This document shows positions 23,972-36,345 of a DNA stretch of 64,000 nt, piece by piece. The stretch is taken from assembly GCF_006345805.1 (NCBI RefSeq), contig NC_043016.1:18042001-18106000 (forward strand), written 5' to 3'. The notes beneath the pieces were generated by a model. That model did not search any database. It was given only the letters and a program-made list of their open reading frames with translations, and was not told the DNA's origin. Position 1 is the stretch's first letter, and the number at the start of each line of letters is the position of its first letter. The position numbers and the translations under genes are program-made. This DNA is from Octopus sinensis. Lineage: Eukaryota.

Positions 23972-25849
23972 ATTAGCTAAAATCTATACTCAATATTTTA
24001 TTTATTTTGTGTGTGTGTGTACATGTGTGTATGTGTGTGCTCATGCGTGCAGTCTAACATGCATAAATTGAAATTACTTAAAGCTATAACCATAAAGGGT
24101 TATTTGTTGTGTTAAGCTCATCCCTTACTTGTTGATCTTTTCCATTTCTTTGTTATTCGCATTAAAGTGTTTTGAATTTTCTTTTTACTTTCTCCTCTCC
24201 TCTTCTCTCTCTCCCTCCCTCCCTCTCTCTCGCTCTTTCTCTCATGGAAAAATCAAAAAATTAAGACCAAAATTTTAAAATTCATTTTTTTCAAGTCAGC
24301 CAAGAATGAAGCTGCTGCTCTCAATGGTACCTAACCAAACTAAATGCTAATTTGTAATTACTTCTTCTAAAAAGAAAAAGAGAAAAATTGTTTTGGTACA
24401 GCTCCACAGGTGTGGATGTATGGTAAGCAGCTTGCTTCCCAACCACGTAGTTCCGGGTTCAGTCCCACTGTGTTGTCACCTTGAGCTAGCGTCTTCGACT
24501 ATAGCCTAAGGTTGACCAAAACCCAAGTGAATGTGGTAGGCGGAAACTGAAAGAAGGCCATTGTATATGTGTGTGTAAAAAGCTTGCTTTGTAATCACAT
24601 GGCTCCTGTTACAGTCTTACTGTGTGGCACCTTTGGCAAATGTCTTCTAGATTAGCTTCAGGCTGATCAAATCCTTCTGAGTGGATCTGGTAAGACGGAA
24701 ACTGAAAGAAGCCCATTGTATGTGTGTGCGTGTGTAAAAGAAGCTTGCTTCCCAACTACATGGTTCTGGTTCCAGTCCCACTGCATGGCACTTTAGTCTA
24801 GTGTCTATAGACTGAAGCAAGCAAATAATAAAAGATTGTCGTCAAATGCTGACAAAGGTGGTTGACAAACCATGTATACTATGTACATTATTAATGAATA
24901 TAATAAATTACTAATAACCCACTCTAATATCTAACCTTCAGCTTTGTACTTCATCATCATCATCATTTAATATCCGCTTTCCATGCTAGCATGGGTTGGA
25001 CGATTTGACCGAGGACTGGCAAACCAGATGGCTGCACCAGACTCCAATTTGATCTGGCAGAATTTCTACAGCTTGATGCCCTTCCTAACGCCAACCACTC
25101 CGAGAGTGTAGTGCGTGCTTTTACGTGCCACCGGCACGAGGGCCAGTTTGGTGGTACTGGCAACGGCCACGCCCAAATGGTGCTTTTTACGTGCCACCTG
25201 CACAGGAGCCAATCCAGCGGCACTGGTGACGACCTCACTTGAATGTTTCATGTGCCACCAGCACAAGTGCTAGTAAGGCAACGCGGTAATGATCACACTC
25301 GAATTGTGTGCTCAACGTGCCATCGGCACGAAGGCCAGCTTGTTGCTCTGGCAACGATCTCATTCGTATGGTACTCTTAGCGCTCCACTAGCAACAGATG
25401 CCAGTCACCAAGTTTGTTTTCAACTTCATCATTTAATATCCACTTTCCATACTAGCATGGATTGGACAAGCTAATTGTGTATTAGTACTAGCATTATAGT
25501 GACATCATATTTTCTCTCTCTCTCTTAACATACAACCCTGTTTGACACCACTGCTACTTGTTACCATCGCCAATCATATTTTCACTGTCGGCATAGCACA
25601 GCAGATCTTCAGGTATTTCTAACTGGGCACCATGCATGTCTGCTCGCCGTTCTGAAAAGACCTGTAAAGTTCATAGCACTAACTTTTCACGTTCCTTCAT
25701 TAAATTCTGTAACGACATGGGTGCCAGTTTATTATGCATTAACTTGACCATTTACTCTTTAGCTTGCAGTCGAACCCTGACCCCCTAACACAACTCTGGT
25801 CATTTTCCTGTGTAAAAAGTACATTAACTGCATGCTAAAGTAGCACCCA

Positions 25850-26040
25850 ATAATATCAATGTTTTCTGAATATCAATGGTGTCTATTGCCCCTGTGCATC
25901 TGCCGCACACAAAAGCTATCTTCCCGGTTAATTTTCCTTTGATGTTGCTGCACCTCTTATGTGTCCATAGCTTACACTGGGTACATCTTATGGAGTTTCT
26001 ACCTACACCTTTTCTACAGATCGAGCAGGGCCACCTACCT
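25850..26040 (-). mobile_element. RTE-type LINE fragment encoding a PHD-like Cys4-His-Cys3 finger
   Basis: Manual translation: GRWPCSICRKGVGRNSIRCTQCKLWTHKRCSNIKGKLTGKIAFVCGRCTG. An RT-like GVKQGCML motif lies near 25530-25555 on the same strand. Confidence 0.7.
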
Positions 26041-26256
26041 TAGTGAAATGAAATTCAGATGCTATGTTACAGTAATGCAAGGAGAATAGGTATCATACAG
26101 AAGAATAGCTTAAGGGAACGAGAAATGTTTTTGACACGGAATATCAGTAAGTTGTAGTGAAATGAATTTACAAATGCTGAATGGTGTCAGTGTTTTTGCT
26201 GAAATTCCGACGCTATATTACAGGAATGCAGGGCAAGGGGTTGTGTGGTTGCCTTT

Positions 26257-26488
26257 AGGCGGCGAGCTGGCAGAAACGTTAGCACGCTGGGCGAAATGCT
26301 TAGCAGTGTTTCGTCTGCCATTACGTTCTGAGTTCAAATTCCGCCGAGGTCGACTTTGCCTTTCATCCTTTCGGGGTCGAATAAATAAGTACCAGTTACG
26401 CACTGGGGTCGATATAATCGACTTACTCCATGTGTCTGTCCTTGTTTGTCCTCTCTGTGTTTAACCCCTTGTGGGTAGTAAAGAAATA
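26257..26488 (+). mobile_element. SINE family B (~235 bp, tRNA-derived), full-length with 10-bp TSD
   Basis: Head AGGCGGCGAGCTGGCAGAAACG, B-box GTTCAAATTCC, end AAAGAAATA; TSD GGTTGCCTTT at 26247-26256 and 26489-26498. Confidence 0.85.
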
Positions 26489-26661
26489 GGTTGCCTTTTT
26501 GTTGGTGTGTCAATGATTTGCATTTGGCTGTGAATTTGTGTCTGTGTGTGTGTACGGCTTCACTGTCAGATTATCTCTTTTTATGTGAAGGAAATTTGTA
26601 TATTTATATCTTTGTGCTCTTGCTAGATTCTGCAATCCAGAAGGCACCTGAACTTGTTTAA

Positions 26662-26882
26662 CCCTTTAGTGTTCGCATTATTCTGCCAAAATTAAAGCTT
26701 TTTCATCCACATTGTTTTGAATTAATCATGCATTATCTTGTAGCTATGAGATTTTGATGAGGTAGCTGTTAATTTTTAAAACAATATTGTAGGGTTGGTG
26801 TGAGAGACCAGATCTGACCATTTTGAACATAAAACAGGCAGAATACTATTGGCCGGATATGGCCGGTTTAAATGCTAAAGGG
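26662..26882. mobile_element. piggyBac-type MITE, followed by a degenerate tandem copy (~26890-27085)
   Basis: TTAA on both sides (26658-26661, 26883-26886); TIR CCCTTTAG / CTAAAGGG. Confidence 0.7.
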
Positions 26883-27727
26883 TTAAGTCTACTGTAAAAT
26901 GTAATGTTTATTCATCCACATTGTTTCAAATTAATCGGACGTTATTTCATGGCCTCAAGATTTTGTTGTGATTTTGTTTATTTTTAGAATGAGATTGTAG
27001 GGTAGGTGTGAGAGTCTGGATCAAGCTGGTTTGAGCATAGACTAAGTAGAACATTTGGGCCTGATGTGGCTATTTTAAATGCTAAGTATGAGATTTTTTA
27101 GTCAAGAGGGAAAACTTGTGGAAACCTGGGCAGAATGCTTGCAACAAAGTAGACTCAATTAAAAGCAGCGAAGGTGCCAGGTAGTGGCAAATGATCAATT
27201 CCCTTATCCAAGTGGGTCATGGCAAGATTTGAGCTCAGACTGCAAAGATCCTGAATAAATACCACCAAGAATCTAGTCCAACATGCTTCTGGTTTGGTAT
27301 GTTTTTATCAACTCTAAAAGGATCACAAAATATACACATGCATGCACACACACACACACACACTAGGTAAGCAAATCTGTGCAGACTTTGGCCTTTTTTG
27401 TATGAATATGTGTAAAATATATATTTGTAGATATGTATATATATTATATATTTAAAATTACCATAAACTTTTTTTAAATGAGTTGCTATATAAAATACTG
27501 AAATATTTTCATTTTGTTGTTTGTACAGTTTGAGAATTTTCAGGTATCTTTTTTTGTACCTCTGTCTCAAAATACCCCAATTGAAAGTATCAATATAATT
27601 AGGACACACACCCGGCAATGCGCTGGGTCCTTTACATGCACAACCATAGCATGTATGGATTGGAATTGGGTCTCTAGAACTATGAGGACTTTGGGCAGTT
27701 GCCTAGCATACTGATTCTTGCATATAT

Positions 27728-27783
<56 letters not shown>

Positions 27784-27872
27784 TTGTTTGAAGAGGGCAA
27801 AGTTGTTAGCAGAAATAGCTAAGAAATAAATTTAAGCTTTCATACTTTGATTTCTTCTTCAAAATTGTTTTC

Positions 27873-27917
<45 letters not shown>

Positions 27918-28083
27918 TATTACTATTCTTTAACTGGTTCCAACCTGAGGGTTAACTGAATGTTTCATTTTGTTTTTTTTCTTCTTTCTGTTCTCAACAA
28001 TAATAACAAAAAAAAAAAATCTGCAACATGTGCCAAGTGGTATTTGTCTTATAAGTAAAGCAGGCTCCCAGAAAAATTGATTT

Positions 28084-28121
<38 letters not shown>

Positions 28122-29179
28122 ATTACTAAATCTATGCCATGAAAAAAATCTTAATGACTAACTCTGGTCAGCCCTGTACATTTCCTTAACTTCTGTTACT
28201 CACTCCTAGGAGTACACGCACCCTGGTTATCAATCTTCTAGACTAGAGAAACATATAATATATTATGCCATGGCTATTGAAAAAAAACAAACAAACATTT
28301 ACATTCGACGGATATTTGTCCTCATCTTGATGAGGACAAATATCCGTCGAATGTAAATAATGTACATAATTTCTCATCTCTTAAATATAGAACTGTATTT
28401 GCAGTACAGTAATGCCTTGATTATCGTGGGTGCTACTTCCACCCCGCAGTAGATGAAAATCCGTGAAGTAGAAACAGTACTGTATTTCATTTTTTATTAT
28501 TTTAATGGCGGTGCCTGGCCACGGCTCGTGACCTGAAACTAGATAAAATAAAATAAAATAAAAATAATAGTTTGTATATATTTATAATAAATGCAAAATA
28601 ACACCAGTCTGATCTGGCAGAGTTTCTACAGCTGGATGCCCTTCCTAACGCCAACCACTCCGTGAGTGTAGTGGGTGCCTTTTACGTGCCACTGGCACGG
28701 GCCAGAGGAGGCTGGAAACATCCACAATTGGTTGGTGCTTTTTACGTGCCACTGGCATGGATGAATATTAACAAAAATTTTATATGAATACTGAAAATTC
28801 ATTCAATAAATTATACCCCTCTCAAAATGTTTGTTGTCTTATCTTTGAATTTTTTGTTTACCTTCTTTTTTTTTTTTTTTTTTTTTTTGCTGTTTCATAT
28901 TTCTTGTAGTTAGAGTGAATTATCTTCACAGCTCAGGTGCAACAAATATCTGAAAAGATTTTTATTTATCTTTCACTTGTTTCAGTCATTGGACTGTGGC
29001 CATGCAAGGGTACAACCTCAAAGGGTTTTTTAGTCTGATAAATCGACCTCAGAACTTAGTGTTTTTTAAAACCTAATGCTTGTTCTGTTGGTCATTTTTG
29101 CCAAGCCACTGTCACAGAGATGTAAACAAACCAACACTGGTTATCAAGCAGTGGTCAAAGACATGCACATAAATAAAAG

Positions 29180-29510
29180 ACCCTCTTTGGTCATGAATGA
29201 CCAAGGGATTGCACCTCGAAAGTTCTCATCTGAGCCAGAAGTCCGGGTAAGGCTGGTTCTGGAAGACCAGCAGTCACTCATGCATACCAGCCTCCCCTCT
29301 TCACACCACTGATGTTATCCAAGGGGAAGGTAAAAACTGATATGACTTGGCACCTGTGATATTGCAACTCATTTCTACAGCTCAGTGAACTGGAGCAACG
29401 TGAAATAAAGTCTTGCTCAAGAACACAACACACAGTCCGGTCCAGAAATCGAACTCGTTGTCTCATGATTGTGAGCCTGGAGCCTGATGCTCTAACCACT
29501 GAGCCATGTG
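29180..29510 (-). mobile_element. SINE family D (tRNA-like head, TTCTTGAGCAAGAC core box); copies at 22750-23060 (-), 13465-13640 (+), 37345-37450 (+)
   Basis: Head TGGCTCAGTGGTTAGAGCATC and B-box GAGTTCGATTTC; shared GCTCCAGTTCACTCAGCTGTAGAAATG body. Confidence 0.6.
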
Positions 29511-29538
29511 TTTGTGTGTGTGTATATATATACACACA

Positions 29539-29744
29539 CAGTAATCCCTCGACTATCATGGGTGTTATGTTCCCAAACCTTCCACGATAAGTGAAAACAT
29601 GCGAAGTAGAAACAGTACGGTATATATATTTTTTAAAATTATTTTTGTAATTTGTATATATTTATTTTATTATAAATGTAAAACAATACCACAGAGGAAT
29701 CGACAAGCTTAAATAATAAACTGCGATATGGCAAGGGATTACTG
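29539..29744. mobile_element. Tigger/pogo-type MITE (partial second copy 28407-28500)
   Basis: CAGTAATCCCTCG ... CAAGGGATTACTG termini followed by TA. Confidence 0.65.
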
Positions 29745-30308
29745 TATCTCTCTCTCTATATATATATACACACACACACACACAAACATATATATATGAT
29801 GGACTGTTCCGTTAGACGAAGTATGAGGGTTCAACAATTTCTTGCCAAACAACCACATGGATGATTTGTTTATAGTGATCAAATGTTTGTGTAGACATAA
29901 GCTCGTTCCCTCCATCAGATTGACATTACCTGTACAGGTGTCAGATGTCGTAATGATCACAGAGCAACGTGAAATGAAGTGCTTTGCTCAAGAACAACAC
30001 AACCCCCAATCTGGAAATTGTGAATGCAACACCTTAACCACTATGTGCCTCCACAATACACACACACTGGGCTTTGTTTAGTTCCTGTCTTCCATTTCCA
30101 CTCAAAGGATTTGGTTGGCCCAGGGTATTAGTAGACCAATGTGATTGGGAAGCAAGCTTTTTACCACACAGCCACAACAATATTTATCACATTAGTGGTT
30201 AGGGCAATTTTTTATTGAAAAATTTTGTATTTTTATATATATATATATCTATATTTTCTTATAAGATAATATACCTACATGTATTTAATTATTTTATTGT
30301 TTTTATCT

Positions 30309-30393
30309 TGGACCTGATGAGTGACTATATTTAAATTGAATTGATTTTACTGTTATCAGTTTGAAAATATAGCCATGAAACAGGTGTAGTCTA
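30309..30393 (+). ncRNA. Type I hammerhead ribozyme fold (Penelope-terminus type)
   Basis: TGGAC-CTGATGA-GTGACTATA-[38 nt]-TATAGCCAT-GAAA-CAGGTG-TA-GTCTA: canonical core, stems I and II pair, GUA cleavage triplet. Confidence 0.6.
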
Positions 30394-30540
30394 TTTACTA
30401 TTTATATACTATCTATTTATAATTTCGTACTTTATTTAGTTTTAGGTAAATGTTTGAGTGTATCTTTAATTTTTTTCTATGTGGTATGATTTAAGTATAT
30501 CATTGTTGAATTGCTACATGGTGGTTCTTCTCTAATCTAT

Positions 30541-30582
<42 letters not shown>

Positions 30583-32959
30583 AGTTATAAAGATTCATTA
30601 GTATCAAGGCACATCAACACAATAGGATGTCAGAAATGGCTAGGATATTGTAGTAATGCATACACCAAATCCAGTTTAAGCTTAGGGTTGGTCCTTGATA
30701 TGGCATAAGTATAAAAAGTAAATATAAATAACGTACCCCACAGAATTTTTTTAGTTTCCATCTCCCAAATGCACTTACAAGGTTTTGGTTGGTCTAAGGC
30801 ACTTGCCTAAGATGCCATCTAGTGAGACTGAACTCAGGACCATGTATTCGGGAAGCAAGCTTCTTACCACACAGCATTTGAAAGAATATATTTCAATGAT
30901 ACTCTTAATGTTTAGCTATTCCCATACGTCTTCTGTATTTGAAGAACATCTTCCTCTGTCAGTCAGCTTCTAATTACACTACACCTTTTGTGGGAAGATG
31001 GTTTACATTGGGTACCTCATGTAGAAATCCTGTTCGATCTTTTTTTTTTTAATGTGTAATCAAGCATAACACCTTCTCTGGCAGTAATGTCCCCGTTCGC
31101 GAATATAATTTGTTGATACTGGCTCTGCAATTGCATCCGCAAGCCCATTTTATTGTGCCCGTAGGCTGATATACTCATATGCACAAGATATACTCTTTTA
31201 CTCTTTTACTTGTTTCAGTCATTTGACTGTGGCCATGCTGGGGCACCACCTTTAGTCTAGCAAATCGATCCCAGGACTTATTCTTTGTAAGCCTAGTACT
31301 TTTCTTTAGGTCTCTTTTGCTGAACCGCTAAGTTACGGGGACGTAAACATACCAGCATCGGTTGTCAAGCGATGTTGGGGGTACAAATACAGACACACAA
31401 ACATACACACGCATATACATGTATATACTTATCAATAAATATATTTGGTTCAGTATTTCACATACATCATAGATATGAGGAAAATATGTATGTACATATA
31501 TATATATATGTATATATGTATATATATATAGGCGCAGGAGTGGCTGTGTGGTAAGTAGCTTGCTTACCAACCACATGGTTCCAGGTTCATTCCCACTGCA
31601 TGGCACCTTGGGCAAGTGTCTTCAACTATAGCCTTGGGTTCACCAAAGCCTTGTGAGTGGATTTGGTAGATGGAAACTGAAAGATGCCCATTGTATATAT
31701 GTATATATATATGTGTGTGTGTCTGTGTTTGTACCCCCAACATCGCTTGACAACCGATGCTGGTGTGTTCCCGTTCCCGTAACTTAGTGGTTCAGCAAAA
31801 GAGACCAATAGAATAAGTACTAGGCTTCCAAAGAATAAGTCCCGGAGTTGATTTGCTCAACTAAAGGAAAATGACTGAAACAAGAGAAAAAGATATATAT
31901 ATATATATATATATCTTTATATATATATATATATGTGTATATATACATATATATATATATTATATATATATATATATTATGTTTCTATGTATGTATGTAC
32001 GAATATATGTATTGTATGTGTGTGTGTGTATGTCTAAATATAAGTTGTGCTGCGAACTGGTGGTAATATGTGTTCTAGGATCCTGATTGACATTTACCAT
32101 ACGTCAAGATATTGGAAACAGCTACTGTAGGTGACTGTATCCTCCGTATATGGATTTATATAGGAGAAGGTGTTGAAAGAGACGGAGAGAACGAGAGGTG
32201 GGAATTGAGATGAAGGAAGAGAGAGAGAGAGAGATGGAGGGGGAGAGATTGTGCATGCTTGTATATATGAGTGGGTGGATGCATGTAAATGATATAACAC
32301 GACAGACAAGCAACAGACCAGGACACCAGGGAAAGACAGACAAAGAAACAGAGGGAGAAAGACTGATAAATAGACAGACAGACAGACTGATAGGCAGACA
32401 GACAGACAGGCAAACAGACAGACGGACGGACCGAGACAGACAGAGATAGACATGCAGACAGGCAGATAGATAGATAGGTAGATAGATAGATAGACAGATA
32501 GGTCATTAAACCAAGACAATTTGGGTTTTGTTTCAGCAAATGGCGGTGCCCCAGCATGGCCACAGCTTCGTGAGCTGAAACTAGATTAAAATAAATAAAA
32601 TAAAAAATAAACAAATAATTCATACAGTGGATAATTATAGTGTTTGAAAGCTATAAATAAATAGAAAGATAGACATTTGATATATATATATATACAAAAT
32701 AAGAAAATGGAGAAATACATCCAAATCAAATATCAATTACCAGATAGTACTCAATCACATACTTTATTAAACCACCACATAAGAAACTATAGGGTTAAAC
32801 ATAAAAAAGTAGAACAAAACAGTGTACATAAAGGAGTGTACATAAAAAAGTGTACTTAAAAGAGTAATGTTATACAATAAGTAGAATATATATAAGAGAA
32901 TATAATATAAGTAAATATAAATATTTACAACCCCTACCTCAATTTGTATATATATATAT

Positions 32960-33005
<46 letters not shown>

Positions 33006-33974
33006 TGTACATCACTAAATAGGCAAGAAAGGAAGAGACAGACACATGAACAGGCATATCAAGATCCATGCATCTGTCTTTCTTTTTATCTGCTCTTAGT
33101 ATGCTAGCTAGCTTAGCTAACTACCGAGATGAACAAATACAAAAGCAGGAAATAAATGTACATGTACTGGGCAAAAATGATATTTGTATTAGAAATGAGA
33201 GAAAATCAACTGGACTGGTTTGTTTTATCCACCCACCTCTTGTGCTAGAATTATCAGTGAATTTAATCCTAGTACAAAAAGAGAGAGAATCAAAGCTGCT
33301 AGGATTATCAGTAAGACTGGCTTGCCGCTTTAACTGGCTTCCATGCTGGTGGCATGTAAAAGCACCATCCGATCCTGGTCGATGCTAGTTCATTTGGGTT
33401 CAGTGCTGGTGGCACGTAGATAGCACCCACTACACTCATGGAGTGGTTGGTGTTAGGAAGGGCATCCAGCTGTAGAAACATTGCCATATCAGACTGGGCC
33501 TGGTGCAGCCTCCTGGCTTCCTAGACCCCGGTCAAACCATCCAACTCATGCCAGCATGGAAAACGGACATTAAACAATGATGATGATGATGGAATTGTAG
33601 AGAATGTGAATTGTGAGAGCATTGTATTAAATATTGCTCTATATTTGCTCTGACTGCCTGTACTCTGAGTTCAAATCACACCAAGGCAAATTTTACTTTT
33701 CATCTATTCAGGGGCAGTGGATTAGCAGAAATGTTTAGAGCAGTGGTTTTTGAGAGTTTTTTTTTTTTTTTTACCTATAGGCGTAGGAGCAGCTGTGTGG
33801 TAAGTAGCTTGCTTACGAATCACATGGTTCTGGGTTCAGTCCTACTGCATGGCACCTTGGGCGTCTTCTGCTATAGCCTTGGGTCGACCAAAGCCTTGTG
33901 AGTGGATTTGGTAGACGGAAACTGAAAGAAGCCCATCATATATATATATATACATATATATATGTATGTATATG

Positions 33975-34007
<33 letters not shown>

Positions 34008-35600
34008 TTGTGTGTCTGTGTTTGTCCCCCCCAACATTGCTTGACAACCGATGCTGGTGTGTTTACGTCCCTGTAACTTAGCGGTTTGGCAAAAGAGACC
34101 AATAGAATAAGTACTAGGCTTACAAAGAATAAGTCCTGGGGTCAATTTGCTTGACTAAAGGTGGTGCTCCAGCATGGCCACTGTCAAATGACTGAAACAA
34201 GTAAAAGAGAGTAAAACTCCTTTGATTATTATTTTATTCTGGTTGCCCCCCACCCCCACCCCAATACACACACACACATAGTCATCAATGTTTAAAAACA
34301 TTATATATTGTTTGTAAGGGAACTCCTTCATCGAGGGCCGGTGCTTGCCATGCGTTGACAAGAGGCAATGACCTCGCAACTATAGTCCGTATGTAGTACC
34401 CGGGTCTTCGAGGGAGGATGACCTCCCTTTGCAAACAACACAAGGACACTGAGATAGTGTCTAAAGTCCTTCTGGTGACGTTGATCGCCTGGGGCTAAAA
34501 GCATCAGTAACACCCACCCACCCCAGTGGCTAGCCACATTCAGATGGCTGATACCCCTTACGTTGTTTAAAAACTAGTTTTATAGATACTTCTTACGAAA
34601 TTCCTATTTCATTCTCCACAAGTTCACTTGTGTAGGTTTTGCTAGAGAACTCTCTGAGAAGACATTGTTTCTGTGGCAGAAAACATGTTAAACTATGAAA
34701 AACAATGGAAAAAGAAACCTAGCTGTTTCTTGCAAATAAAAGCATGTAAAGTAAAAATTTTTCATGGACCATTAAAAAACTAATGCGGATCCTCAGTTTA
34801 TTCTTTTACTCTTTTACTTGTTTCAGTCATTTGACTGCGGCCATACTGGAGCACCGCCTTTAATCGAGCAACACGACCCCGGGACTTATTCTTTTTGTAA
34901 GCCCAGTACTTATTCTATCGGTCTCTTTTGCCGAACCGCTAAGTAACGGGGACATAAACACACCAGCATCGGTTGTCAAGCAATGCTAGGGGGACAAACA
35001 CAGACACACAAACCACACACATATATATATATATACATATATATGGCGGGCTTCTTTCAGTTTCCGTCTACCAAATCCAATCACAAGGCTTTGGTCGGCC
35101 CGAGTCTATAGTAGAAGATACTTGCCCAAGGTGCCATGTAGTGGGACTGAACCCGGAACCATGTGGTTGGTAAACAAGCTACTTACCACACAGCCACTCC
35201 TGCGCCTATGTTCAATATTTTGCTTGCATAGACCCCAAAAATCTTATATAAACCCTCAGTGTCCATGGACACTGGTTGAGAATCACTGGTTTAGAGGGTC
35301 GGGCAAGATACAATAAGGCTCTTTGCAGTCTGACACACCACTACCTGTAACTCTATTGGTGCCAAACTATATCAGTCAACTCGGTAGGATTTTTTTCTTG
35401 GATAAACATTGACTTAGAAGTATAAGCACTTGCCATACTTGTCCAGGCCTGTTGCATACATGAATGTGCATTGGCACAGTCCACCTTGATCAACAAAGAA
35501 ACTCAAGTAAATCCAACTTTGCAACAGAGAATTATAATGAATTGACAAAACAATTAAAACTGTTATGGGCAAATGAGGGAGCCTGCACATGGTCACTCAA

Positions 35601-36345
35601 CCTGCTAGAAACAGCAGTCAAATTTAATTCAAATCAACCTGTTAGAAATAACAGTCGCATTTCCCCCAAACTGATCTGCTAGAAAGAATATTCAAATTTC
35701 CCTTGAATTGAACTGCTAGAAACAACAACCGAATTTCCCTCAAATCAACCTACTACCTACCAGAAGACATTCAAATTTCACTCAAACTGACCTGCTAGAA
35801 ATAACAGTCAAGTTTCCTTCAAGCCAACCTGCTAGAAAGAATAGTCAAATTTCCCTTGAATTGACCTGCTAGAAACGACAACCGAATTTCCCTCAAATCG
35901 ACCTACCACCTACCAGAAGACATTCAAATTTCTCTTAAACTGACCAGATAGAAACAACACTCAAGTTTCCTTCAAACCAGCCTGCTAGAAATAATTGTCA
36001 AATTTCCCTGAATTTGACCTGCTAGAAACAACAACCGAATTTCCCTCAAATCAACCTACCACCTACCAGAAGACATTCAAATTTCTCTCAAATTGATCAG
36101 CTAGAAATAACAGTCAAGTTTCCTTCAAACCAACCTGCTAGAAAGAATATTCAAATTTCACTTGAATTGACCTGCTAGAAACGACAACCGAATTTCCCTC
36201 AAATCAACTTACTACCTACCAGAAGACATTCAAATTTCTCTTAAACTGACCAGATAGAAACAACACTTAAGTTTCCTTCAAACCAGCCTGCTAGAAATAA
36301 TTGTCAAATTTCCCTGAATCTGACCTGCTAGAAACAATATTCAGA
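35601..36345. repeat. Hierarchical minisatellite: 37-42 bp monomers, 153-bp four-monomer unit, 306-bp super-period
   Basis: CCTGCTAGAAAC(A/G)ACAACC anchors at 35712, 35865, 36018 and 36171. Confidence 0.9.

Noticed and set aside
35601-36345. Repeat-spacer appearance suggestive of CRISPR
   Set aside because: The intervening sequences are themselves periodic repeats, there are no cas genes, and the context is eukaryotic.
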